DNA of 57,747 nt from assembly GCA_037142305.1 (NCBI GenBank), contig JBAXAW010000001.1:1-57747 (forward strand), read 5' to 3'. Of this stretch, positions 1 to 8,753 are shown piece after piece; position 1 is the stretch's first letter, and every line of letters starts with the position of its first letter. Under the pieces are notes generated by a model that was not told the DNA's origin, did not search any database, and saw only the letters and a list, made by a program, of their open reading frames with translations. This DNA is from Actinomycetota bacterium. GTDB taxonomy: Bacteria > Actinomycetota > Acidimicrobiia > Acidimicrobiales > Ilumatobacteraceae. The translations under genes and the position numbers were made by a program.

Positions 1-79
1 ATCCCGGAGGCACCGTTGGTCGGGGGGCTGCTGATAAGCGAAGCGATCGTGGTGACGAGTTGCAGGTTGCAAGACTGCC

Positions 80-1093
80 ATGACAAGTGAAAAAAGTTCA
101 AATCTAAACTCACAGCACGAATCACAGCACGATTCACAGTTCAGATCGCATGAGCCTGTGATGCTAAATGAAATTGCTCAATGTTTTACAACGGTGCCCC
201 CCGGCGTTGTAGTTGATGCAACGTTCGGCTTTGGCGGACATGCCAAGGCAATTTTGAAAGCTAACCCGTCAATACAAATTTTGGGATTAGATCAAGACGC
301 GGATGCAATCACAAATGCCGAGAAGATGATCGCCGATGATGCGTCACTACGTGGTCGGTTAACAGTGCGTCGAGTTCGCTTCGATTCGCTGAATTCAGTT
401 CTTGAAGAGCTATCAGTCAAAGAAATATCTGGAGCCCTATTTGATCTTGGGGTTTCTTCACCACAACTCGATATCGCCGAGCGAGGATTTTCTTATCGAA
501 ATGATGGTCCGTTGGATATGCGAATGGATCAACGCAGTGAACTGAGTGCCGCCGATGTCGTGAATAGTTATCAAGAATCAGAACTTGCTGGAATAATCAC
601 ACAAAACGCAGATGAGCGATTTGCACGACGAATAGCTCGGGCGATTGTTGCTGCTCGACCGATTAGTACAACCACACATCTGGCTGAAGTAATTGTCGCG
701 GCCATTCCTGCGCCGGCTCGTCGCACGGGTGGGCATCCTGCGAAGCGAACATTTCAAGCAATTCGCATTGAAGTCAATAAAGAACTTGAGATTCTTGCGC
801 GAACGTTACAAATTGCAATTGAAACCACAAAAGTTGGTGGGCGAGTAGCGGTTTTGTCTTACCACTCAGGTGAGAATCGTATTGTTAAACAAGTTTTTAG
901 ATCTTCCGAAAAAGATGCTGATGAACCCAAAATTGGTTCGCCTTATGTGCACGAATCACAACTTGGCACACGCCGTGTTAGCCGAGTACGAATCGCTCAA
1001 TACCCAAGCGAGCAGGAGCAAGCCCAAAATCGCCGAGCCAAGTCGGCTCGATTGCGAGTTATTGAAAAAGCTCTCGCAGTGGCTGGAGGCTGA
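80..1093 (+). CDS. rsmH: 16S rRNA (cytosine1402-N4)-methyltransferase RsmH/MraW
   Basis: 337-aa ORF. HEPVMLNE N-terminus, DATFGFGGH SAM-binding motif and DLGVSSPQLD motif are typical of RsmH. It is the first gene of a dcw-type cluster. Confidence 0.9.
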   Translation: MTSEKSSNLNSQHESQHDSQFRSHEPVMLNEIAQCFTTVPPGVVVDATFGFGGHAKAILKANPSIQILGLDQDADAITNAEKMIADDASLRGRLTVRRVRFDSLNSVLEELSVKEISGALFDLGVSSPQLDIAERGFSYRNDGPLDMRMDQRSELSAADVVNSYQESELAGIITQNADERFARRIARAIVAARPISTTTHLAEVIVAAIPAPARRTGGHPAKRTFQAIRIEVNKELEILARTLQIAIETTKVGGRVAVLSYHSGENRIVKQVFRSSEKDADEPKIGSPYVHESQLGTRRVSRVRIAQYPSEQEQAQNRRAKSARLRVIEKALAVAGG

Positions 1094-1094
1094 G

Positions 1095-1718
1095 ATGTCT
1101 GCGGCATATTCTCGTCGCCAAGAAACGATTCGACAGCACCGCCAAGATCCTGTAACTCGACCAGTTGCGAGACAAGTCTCTCGACAAACAACGCGACCAG
1201 TTATGAGACAAGTCTCTCGACAAGTAACTCGACCGATTACGCGACAAACAACGCGACCAGTTACGAGACAAGTCTCTCGACCGGTAACTCGACAAAATCG
1301 CTCGCGGAATACTGCAAAACCACAACTACGAGTTGTCCAACCAGTTACACGATCAAAATTTTCAAAAGTAACTTTAGTAATAGTCACTCTCGCTTCACTT
1401 TTCGGATTTATCGTTATTTTCCAAACGGTTATCGCTGAACAACAGTTAAGGCTCGACAAAGTAAGCACTGATGTTCGGCTTGCGCGCCAGCATTACAACG
1501 AGTTGCGTCAGCAACGAGCTGAATTGCGGGCCCCAGATTATTTGCGAGCCCAAGCGATCATGTTGGGCATGTGGCCCGGATCGGGGGCAAAGTTTGAAGA
1601 GATTCCTGCTGAGGTTGTAACAATGGTTTTGGCTTCGACCGGAGAAATGGATGATTCAATAGCGCTACCACGCAACTCCGATGAGCTTGTGCTCGAGAGT
1701 ACTGGTTCAGCACCGTGA
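1095..1718 (+). CDS. FtsL-like cell-division membrane protein with Arg-rich repeat tail
   Basis: ATG at 1095 lies 1 nt after the rsmH stop; the 870 start in the ORF track would overlap rsmH out of frame. The protein has a cytoplasmic repeat tail, one TM segment (VTLVIVTLASLFGFIVIFQTVIA), then a coiled-coil-like segment (EQQLRLDKVSTDVRLARQHYNELRQQRAEL). It sits between rsmH and ftsI, where ftsL normally lies. Confidence 0.6.
   Translation: MSAAYSRRQETIRQHRQDPVTRPVARQVSRQTTRPVMRQVSRQVTRPITRQTTRPVTRQVSRPVTRQNRSRNTAKPQLRVVQPVTRSKFSKVTLVIVTLASLFGFIVIFQTVIAEQQLRLDKVSTDVRLARQHYNELRQQRAELRAPDYLRAQAIMLGMWPGSGAKFEEIPAEVVTMVLASTGEMDDSIALPRNSDELVLESTGSAP
1149..1292 (+). repeat. In-frame 12-nt (tetrapeptide) tandem repeat, 12 units of (P/Q)-(V/T/I)-x-R
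   Basis: The translation is PVTR PVAR QVSR QTTR PVMR QVSR QVTR PITR QTTR PVTR QVSR PVTR, with Arg at every fourth residue 12 times. A higher-order ~60-nt DNA copy (acaacgcgaccagtta.gagacaagtctctcgac) occurs twice. Confidence 0.85.
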
Positions 1719-3670
1719 GCCAGTCAATTCGTGAACGTCGTGCAGAAAGTCTCGGCAGGTCGATACGTATAAAACAATCTAAAGGTAAGGCTCTTTCAAA
1801 GCGGAAAATTCGCGCGAACGATAAACACCGAAAGCAAGTTGCTCAAATTTCTCATCGAAATGGTGCTGTCATTACCAAAGGTTTCGACGTGTTTGCAAAG
1901 GATCTCAAAATTGGAACCGTGCAAAAACGTACGAGCTTTATGTTCTCAATTGTTGCTTTATTGCTGGTTGGTCTCGGTGTTCGAGTTGCAATGCTGCAAA
2001 CAGTTTGGTCTAGTGAGTATCGTGACGCGAGCGTTTCGCAACGCACGAGAGTTCAAACACTTCGTGCTGAACGCGGATCAATTTTGGATCGCAATGGACA
2101 AGAATTGGCGTTTCCGATACCGACACGAACAGTTTTCGCGGATCCGCGCTTGGTAACTGACCCAATCGGTGTCGCCAATGCTGTCGGTGGCATTTTGCAA
2201 ATGACAGATGAAGCGAAACTTGAGTTGTCAATTAAACTTCGAGACCAAAGTTCAAGTTTCGTATATGTCGCTCGTCAAGCAGATCAACGACTTGCCGATG
2301 TGATTGTTGCTCTCGGGCTAAAAGGTGTTTCGTCATATCGCGAATCCGGCCGGGCGCTAACTAGCAGTAGTTTACGTGGATTAATCGGCCGCACGGATAT
2401 TGATGGTCTCGGAGTCTCAGGTCTTGAGTTGCAATATCAAGAATTGCTCGCAGGCCAAGATGGTCGTATCGCGCGTGAGGTAAACGCCAGTGGAAAGTCA
2501 ATGGCTGCTGGCTCTAGTGATGTTGTCGAAGCGATCCCTGGTGGCAGATTAGTGACGACAATTAATCGAACAATTCAATTTCAAGTTGACTCAATTCTCA
2601 CGCAGCAAGTTCAGTTTGTTGAAGCGCGAGGTGGCTCAGCAATTGTGATGGATACAAAAACTGGCGAGATTTACGCGATGTCAAATATTCGTCGAAATAC
2701 TGATGGTACTTATACAAGTGAATCAGGAAACTTTGCCGCAGTAGAAGCATACGAACCTGGCTCAGTCGCAAAAGTTTTTAGTATCGCTGCTGCAATCAAC
2801 GAAGGCAAAGTAGCGCCATCGACGACATTCACGGTGCCATATGCAGAAATCTACGACAAAGGTACCGACTGGGAGTACAAAGTTTCAGATGGATATGTTC
2901 ACCCGATCGAAGACATGACAGTAAGAAAAATAATTGTCGATTCGTCAAACAACGGAACGGTTCTGATTTCACGGTTACTCGAGAGCAAAACTAATCATGA
3001 CTATCTTCAATCATTCGGTTTTGGAACAAAAACTCCCGTCAATTACCCGGCCGAGTCGAGCGGTGTTTTAAAGCCAGCAGAAAAGTGGCAGGGCACCGAA
3101 AAAATTACCTTCGCTTATGGCTACGGGTATACCGCAACCGGATTGCAACTGATATCGGGAGTAAATGCAATCGCCAACAAAGGTGTTTACGTCGCACCAA
3201 AATTAGTAAAAGCAACAGTCGACGCGAAGGGAGTCGTCACTGACGCTCCGCAGTCTCTGACCCATGAAGTAGTCAGCGAAGCCACCGCGAAAATAATGAC
3301 GGAAATGATGACCGATGTCGTGTGTTATGGAACAGGCGGACTTGCTCAACTCTCAGGAATGAGTGTTGCCGGCAAAACTGGTACAGCGTACAAACTGCAG
3401 AAGAACGGAAAATACACGGCAGCCGACGGAACTAATTCGTATTTCGCATCATTCGTCGGGTTTTTACCGGCAGGAAATCCACAGATGACGGTTTTGGTTT
3501 CAATTGACGAACCAGATCCAACAGCAAAAGATCGATTCGGCGGCAGAGCCGCTGCACCAGTGTTCGCGCGCATCGGGCAAGCCTTGGTCAATGAACTTGA
3601 TATTCGTCCTACTCAAGGTGACTCGGGATGTGTTGGGCCACGTCCTGCAGATCTCGGCGCTTCTCACTGA
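1715..3670 (+). CDS. ftsI: Class B penicillin-binding protein / peptidoglycan D,D-transpeptidase FtsI
   Basis: 651 aa with an N-terminal TM segment. Transpeptidase motifs are present: SxxK (GSVAK), SxN (SSN) and KTGT (AGKTGTA). The GTG start overlaps the ftsL-like stop. Confidence 0.9.
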   Translation: MSQSIRERRAESLGRSIRIKQSKGKALSKRKIRANDKHRKQVAQISHRNGAVITKGFDVFAKDLKIGTVQKRTSFMFSIVALLLVGLGVRVAMLQTVWSSEYRDASVSQRTRVQTLRAERGSILDRNGQELAFPIPTRTVFADPRLVTDPIGVANAVGGILQMTDEAKLELSIKLRDQSSSFVYVARQADQRLADVIVALGLKGVSSYRESGRALTSSSLRGLIGRTDIDGLGVSGLELQYQELLAGQDGRIAREVNASGKSMAAGSSDVVEAIPGGRLVTTINRTIQFQVDSILTQQVQFVEARGGSAIVMDTKTGEIYAMSNIRRNTDGTYTSESGNFAAVEAYEPGSVAKVFSIAAAINEGKVAPSTTFTVPYAEIYDKGTDWEYKVSDGYVHPIEDMTVRKIIVDSSNNGTVLISRLLESKTNHDYLQSFGFGTKTPVNYPAESSGVLKPAEKWQGTEKITFAYGYGYTATGLQLISGVNAIANKGVYVAPKLVKATVDAKGVVTDAPQSLTHEVVSEATAKIMTEMMTDVVCYGTGGLAQLSGMSVAGKTGTAYKLQKNGKYTAADGTNSYFASFVGFLPAGNPQMTVLVSIDEPDPTAKDRFGGRAAAPVFARIGQALVNELDIRPTQGDSGCVGPRPADLGASH

Positions 3671-3671
3671 C

Positions 3672-5111
3672 ATGACCACTCGATCACGTCAACTGAAAGA
3701 TCTTGTTGTAGGAGTAAATGAGGTCGTCACTCGAGAAGTTTATGGTGACGAAAATATTTTTGTAACTGAGATCACGCATGATTCAAAAAACATTTCAACT
3801 GGTTGCTTGTTTTGTTGCGTAGTTGGTGAGACTGTCGACGGTCATGAATTTGCAGTCGACGCTATAAAAAACGGGGCATCAGCAGTTCTTGTTGAACGAA
3901 AATTGAATGTTGCAGTTCCTCAAATAATTGTTGATGATGTTCGAACCGCAATGGGATATTTTGCGGCTGAATTCTTTGATCGTCCAAGTTCGAAACTGAA
4001 AGTGATTGGCATCACAGGAACTAACGGCAAGACAACGACTGCACATTTGCTGGCATCAGTATTGCGCCAGAACGGTTTAGCCACTGCAGTTTTCGGAACT
4101 CTTTCAGGTACACGAACAACATCTGAAGCCACAGACTTGCAACGATCATTAGCCAACGAGTTTGAGCGAGGGAGTAAAGCCGTCGTAATGGAGGTGTCGT
4201 CGCATGCTTTGTCGTTGCGTCGCGTCGCAGGCACAAGATTTGCTGCAACCATATTTACGAATCTCGGTCAAGATCATTTAGATTTTCACGACACAATCGA
4301 CGAATATTTCTCTGCAAAAGCAAAACTATTCACGCCGCGATATACAAACACATGCATCGTAAACCGAGACGATCGTTATGGTGCAAAGTTAATCGCGAAA
4401 TTGAATCAAGAAAACATAATTGATTTAGAAACTTTTGGAATCGACGATGCGTCACAAATTGTCGCAGAAGTTGATCAGCTGTCTTTTATTTGGCGAGGCG
4501 AAAAAATACAACTCGTCACGGGTGGATTCTTCAATGTAATGAACGCGCTAGCTGCCGCGAACGCAGCAGCCAAACTCGGTGTCGCCGCAAGCGACATTGC
4601 CAAAGGTTTGGCTGCTGCGGACGCAATCGCGGGTCGATTTGAATCTGTAACAGTTGGTCAGAATTTTGGTGTCGTTGTTGATTACGCACACACGCCCGAA
4701 GCATTACATAATGTTTTGGATGCGACAAGAAAATTGATTACTGGCTCGGGCCGCGTGATCGTTGTGTTCGGATGCGGTGGAGATCGTGATCATCAGAAGC
4801 GACCAAGAATGGGAAAAGTGGCCAGTGATATAGCGGATGTGGTCTTTATCACATCAGACAATCCACGCCTAGAAGACGCGTCTGTTATCGCGAAACAAAT
4901 TGAAGATGGTTGCAACCCTGCTCTCAAAAAATCGATTTATGTTATTCTTGATCGGCGTGATGCGATAGCACAGGCATTTTCGGTGGCGTGCAGCGGAGAC
5001 ATTGTGGTAATCGCTGGTAAAGGTCATGAATCAACTCAGACAATAGGCGCAAACGAAATCGAATTTAACGATGTCGCTGTGTCAAGAGAACTATTAAAGG
5101 TGGCTTTGTGA
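3672..5111 (+). CDS. murE: UDP-N-acetylmuramoyl-L-alanyl-D-glutamate--2,6-diaminopimelate ligase MurE
   Basis: ATG at 3672 lies 1 nt after the ftsI stop; the longer 3504 start overlaps ftsI. Mur ligase P-loop GITGTNGKTTT is present, and the DNPR motif (TSDNPRLED) is characteristic of meso-DAP-adding MurE. Confidence 0.9.
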   Translation: MTTRSRQLKDLVVGVNEVVTREVYGDENIFVTEITHDSKNISTGCLFCCVVGETVDGHEFAVDAIKNGASAVLVERKLNVAVPQIIVDDVRTAMGYFAAEFFDRPSSKLKVIGITGTNGKTTTAHLLASVLRQNGLATAVFGTLSGTRTTSEATDLQRSLANEFERGSKAVVMEVSSHALSLRRVAGTRFAATIFTNLGQDHLDFHDTIDEYFSAKAKLFTPRYTNTCIVNRDDRYGAKLIAKLNQENIIDLETFGIDDASQIVAEVDQLSFIWRGEKIQLVTGGFFNVMNALAAANAAAKLGVAASDIAKGLAAADAIAGRFESVTVGQNFGVVVDYAHTPEALHNVLDATRKLITGSGRVIVVFGCGGDRDHQKRPRMGKVASDIADVVFITSDNPRLEDASVIAKQIEDGCNPALKKSIYVILDRRDAIAQAFSVACSGDIVVIAGKGHESTQTIGANEIEFNDVAVSRELLKVAL

Positions 5112-6172
5112 TTGCAATTTTGATGGCAGCAGGAGTCGCAATGTTCGCTTCGCTCGCAACTACTCGTGTGTTGATGGCGATATTTAAGCGACTCGGTAAA
5201 GGTCAACCAATACTTGGTGCTGAAGATCGTGGACCGGTTCAACACATGAGCAAGCAAGGCACACCGACAATGGGTGGAATCGCGATCCTATTTTCTGCCG
5301 CATTTGGATGGTTGGTTGCGCACTTAAGAGATGGACTTCCATTTTCTGATCAATCGATGATTATTTGGGTTGCTGTTTTCGTATTGGCGACGATCGGTTT
5401 TCTAGATGACTTTCTTAAAGTTCAACGCCAGCACAATCGTGGAATATTTTGGAAAAAGAAGGGCTACATAACCTTTGGCATTTGTCTCGTCTTAACTTGG
5501 TGGTTGCACGCGGCCACAGGTGTTAGCGAAACGCTTTCGTTTACGAGATCTGATCTTCCAGGAATTACATTCACTTGGCCACTATTTGTAATTTGGACAG
5601 CGCTGATGGTCTGGGGAACATCAAATGCAGTCAACATCACCGACGGTCTAGATGGTCTCGCTGCTGGTTCGGCGACGTTTGGCTTTGTTGCTTTCACCGT
5701 AATCGGGTACTGGGCGTTTAGAAATCCAAATTTGTATCACAACGTCATTAATCCGCTTGACCTCGCAGTTCTTTCAGCGGCTTTAGGTGGAGCGTGCGGC
5801 GGATTCTTATGGTGGAACGCTGCACCGGCACGAATTTTTATGGGAGATGTCGGTGCGCTCGGAATTGGTACAGCGCTCGGACTTCTCGCTGTAACAACTA
5901 ATACTCATCTGTTGCTACCAATTATTTGTGGCATCAATGTTTTCGAAGCTGGTTCAGTTGCAGTACAGATGGGAGTATTCAAAGCATCGGGTCGCAAAAA
6001 ACGATTATTGCTCAACTCACCAATTCATCACCACTTTGAGCAGCTGGGTTGGCCTGAGACCACAGTCATTATTCGCTTTTGGATAATTTCTGCAATCTGC
6101 GTCGCGACGGCGATTGCAATTTTCATTGCTGACTTTACGGACATGCAGAATCTCGCCAGGTTGCGTCGCTGA
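5108..6172 (+). CDS. mraY: Phospho-N-acetylmuramoyl-pentapeptide transferase MraY
   Basis: 354-aa polytopic membrane protein with NAVNITDGLDGLA and PIHHHFE motifs. The GTGA start overlaps the murE stop. Confidence 0.92.
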   Translation: MIAILMAAGVAMFASLATTRVLMAIFKRLGKGQPILGAEDRGPVQHMSKQGTPTMGGIAILFSAAFGWLVAHLRDGLPFSDQSMIIWVAVFVLATIGFLDDFLKVQRQHNRGIFWKKKGYITFGICLVLTWWLHAATGVSETLSFTRSDLPGITFTWPLFVIWTALMVWGTSNAVNITDGLDGLAAGSATFGFVAFTVIGYWAFRNPNLYHNVINPLDLAVLSAALGGACGGFLWWNAAPARIFMGDVGALGIGTALGLLAVTTNTHLLLPIICGINVFEAGSVAVQMGVFKASGRKKRLLLNSPIHHHFEQLGWPETTVIIRFWIISAICVATAIAIFIADFTDMQNLARLRR

Positions 6173-6173
6173 G

Positions 6174-7538
6174 ATGACAACAACGCTTGTCTACGGTCTA
6201 GCAATCGCGGGTCGGGCAGTCGCCAAAGAACTTGTTGCCCGCGGTCAGTCTGTTGTACTTGCAGACGATTCGAATGATGCCGCGGCTATTTTGGCGCACA
6301 ATCAGTTAGCTATAGAACTTGATGCCCGTTTTGTATCTAATCCGGATGCACAACAACTACAAGAAATTATTAATCAAGTAGATCAGGTTTCGCCAGCACC
6401 AGGAGTGCCAGAAGAACATCAAGTCATAAAGTTTTCGAAAACTCAAAATAAATTCATTGCCTCTGAAATTGAACTTGCATATCAGTTAGAGCAACTTGCG
6501 CCGAATCCACGACCTATGGTCGCTGTCACGGGTACTGATGGCAAGACAACGACGACGCTGATGGCGGCCGCTATTTTGAGTGCTGCTGGGTTACGCGCAA
6601 CGGCTGTTGGTAATACTGAACTTCCATTAATCGCATCTTTAAAAAGCGATGCGCAAGCATTTGCGGTTGAATGCTCAAGTTTCAGATTGGCATATACGAA
6701 AAAGTTTCGTACTAAAGCATCGGTCTGGCTTAATCTCGCCCCTGACCATTTAGATTGGCACTCATCTTTTGATTCGTACAAATCTGCAAAGGCGCAAATG
6801 TGGGCGCATCTTCAAAATGATGATGTAGCGGTAGTGCCAATACATGACGAAGCGATTTTTGCAATCGCCAAACAGAGTGGCGCTCGCGTAGTTAGTTTCG
6901 GGTCAGAGTCTGGCGATTATCACCTGAGTAACGGAATCTTAAATTCACCGACTGGGCAAATAATGAATGTTTCTGAGATGCGTCGATGTCTGCCGCACGA
7001 CATCACTAATGCCCTTGCTGCAGCGGCGATAACAATTGAGTCTGGTCTTGCAACTAAAAGTGATGTGGCGATTGCGCTTGCTGAATTTGTGAATGCCCCA
7101 CATCGAATCGAGTTGGTTGCGACGTCCCGCGGGGTCGCGTGGTACAACGATTCAAAGGCAACGAGTCCGCACGCATCAGATGTTGCGTTGCGATCATTCG
7201 ACTCAATTGTGCTGATTGCTGGTGGCAAGAACAAAGGTCTTGATTTAGATGAGATGGCATCCCAGCCCAAGAGAATGCGGGCTGTAGTCGCAATTGGCGC
7301 CGCACAAAAAGAAATTCAAAGTGCTTTTTCTAAGGTCTGTGAAGTTCGCACGGCAAATTCAATGCGCGAAGCGGTTGTGGCGGCAAATGCTTTGGCAAAA
7401 CCTGGCGATGTAGTTCTGCTATCACCAGGTTGCACGAGTTACGACTGGTACGCAAACTATGGGCAGCGCGGAGAAGACTTTACACGAGAGGTTAACGCAC
7501 TAGTAAAAAATCATGATGTAGCTGAGGCGACTCAATGA
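6174..7538 (+). CDS. murD: UDP-N-acetylmuramoylalanine--D-glutamate ligase MurD
   Basis: ATG at 6174 lies 1 nt after the mraY stop. Mur ligase P-loop VTGTDGKTTT is present. It sits in the canonical slot between mraY and ftsW. Confidence 0.85.
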   Translation: MTTTLVYGLAIAGRAVAKELVARGQSVVLADDSNDAAAILAHNQLAIELDARFVSNPDAQQLQEIINQVDQVSPAPGVPEEHQVIKFSKTQNKFIASEIELAYQLEQLAPNPRPMVAVTGTDGKTTTTLMAAAILSAAGLRATAVGNTELPLIASLKSDAQAFAVECSSFRLAYTKKFRTKASVWLNLAPDHLDWHSSFDSYKSAKAQMWAHLQNDDVAVVPIHDEAIFAIAKQSGARVVSFGSESGDYHLSNGILNSPTGQIMNVSEMRRCLPHDITNALAAAAITIESGLATKSDVAIALAEFVNAPHRIELVATSRGVAWYNDSKATSPHASDVALRSFDSIVLIAGGKNKGLDLDEMASQPKRMRAVVAIGAAQKEIQSAFSKVCEVRTANSMREAVVAANALAKPGDVVLLSPGCTSYDWYANYGQRGEDFTREVNALVKNHDVAEATQ

Positions 7539-8731
7539 GCACGACTATTTCAAGTTCAGACCGTGCAGCCACATTGGGTGAACGTCGGCGCGATGTGCTC
7601 GAAGATCGTGGAATTACTGTTTCAGGACGCAGTCAATTAGGTGCACCGAACGCCACAGTGTTTTGGATTCTGATCACAGTTCTTAGCTTGATCACTTTTG
7701 GATTAGTAATGGTTCTGTCGTCATCCTCAATAGTTGCTCTTAATCGTGGAATGTCGCCGTGGAGAATGTTTTTCAAGCAATTGATGTGGTCGAGTGTCGG
7801 TGTTGTGGGAATGGCACTTTTTTATTTTTTCCCGTATTCACTGTTACGAAAATTCGTGTTACCTGGTTTGATATTCGCCTTCGGTTTGATGACCCTGCCA
7901 TTTGCTCCAGGCATCGGTGTGAGCACCAATGGCGCTCGTGCGTGGGTTGCAATTGGTCCGGTTGGGTTTCAACCATCTGAGTTCTTGAAATTTGCGCTTT
8001 TAGTTTATTGCGCTCATCTGCTTAGTAAACGTCACAAAGAAATCTCCGATCTTTCTATAACGATTAAGCCAATCTTGCGCGTTTGGATTATTTCTGTTGG
8101 ATTGTGCCTTGTTCAAAAAGACTTAGGCGGCGCAATTATTCTCACATGCATTGTTTTGACCTTATTATTTATGGCTGGCACACCATTGCGGATTGTTTTT
8201 CCAATGTCATTGATGTCGATATTAATTGGTGGTTTATTTACCCTGTCGAGTTCGTCAAGACGCAATCGTTGGACAGCATTTATGAATCTAGATGAGACAA
8301 AAAGTGGATACGGCTATCAGGTTTGGCAATCAATTCTGGCAATTTCAAATGGTGGGATAACTGGTACTGGGGCTGGCGCCGGTACTGGCAAATGGGGTTA
8401 TGTGCCACTCGCGCATAGCGATTTTATTTTCTCAACAATTGCTGAAGAGTTCGGATTGATTGGTGTGAGCATTGTTATCGGTGGATTTCTGATTTTTACG
8501 CTTTTCGGTTTGCAGGCTAGTAAAAGAGCTCCCGATAAATTTACGGCGCTGGTCGCCGGGGGTGTGACGATGTGGTTTGCGTTGCAAGCATGCATCAACA
8601 TCGGTGGGGTAACCGGCTCGATGCCTGTCACAGGTTTGACGCTTCCACTTATTTCGTATGGAGGAAGCTCACTGCTCGTGTGCATGTCTGCAGCAGGTTT
8701 GCTACTCAATGTCGCTCGAAATATGGACTGA
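7535..8731 (+). CDS. ftsW: SEDS-family peptidoglycan glycosyltransferase FtsW
   Basis: 398-aa polytopic membrane protein with SEDS motifs PSEFLKF, PLAHSDFIFS and GLTLPLISYGGSS. The ATGA start overlaps the murD stop. Confidence 0.9.
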   Translation: MSTTISSSDRAATLGERRRDVLEDRGITVSGRSQLGAPNATVFWILITVLSLITFGLVMVLSSSSIVALNRGMSPWRMFFKQLMWSSVGVVGMALFYFFPYSLLRKFVLPGLIFAFGLMTLPFAPGIGVSTNGARAWVAIGPVGFQPSEFLKFALLVYCAHLLSKRHKEISDLSITIKPILRVWIISVGLCLVQKDLGGAIILTCIVLTLLFMAGTPLRIVFPMSLMSILIGGLFTLSSSSRRNRWTAFMNLDETKSGYGYQVWQSILAISNGGITGTGAGAGTGKWGYVPLAHSDFIFSTIAEEFGLIGVSIVIGGFLIFTLFGLQASKRAPDKFTALVAGGVTMWFALQACINIGGVTGSMPVTGLTLPLISYGGSSLLVCMSAAGLLLNVARNMD

Positions 8732-8753
8732 TTGTTAATTACAGGCAAAAATT

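Noticed and set aside
1-83. Possible 3' end of an upstream gene such as mraZ. Frame 3 is open and ends in an ATGA overlap with the rsmH start.
   Set aside because: Frame 1 is also open across the same stretch. The 26 translated residues carry no MraZ signature, so there is too little sequence to support a call.
870-1094. Long N-terminal extensions offered by the ORF track: 870 for the ftsL-like gene, 3504 for murE, 6114 for murD, 38371 for HIT, 42111 for pimA and 53054 for yajC.
   Set aside because: Each extension overlaps the preceding gene out of frame and adds non-conserved residues. In every case an ATG lies 1-20 nt after the upstream stop and begins the conserved N-terminus.
956-1468. 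Antisense and alternative-frame ORFs (956-1468, 997-1191 and 1059-1325 on the - strand) across the ftsL-like repeat.
   Set aside because: They are open only because the 12-nt periodic repeat lacks stop codons in several frames. Their Cys/Arg-rich periodic translations have no independent support.
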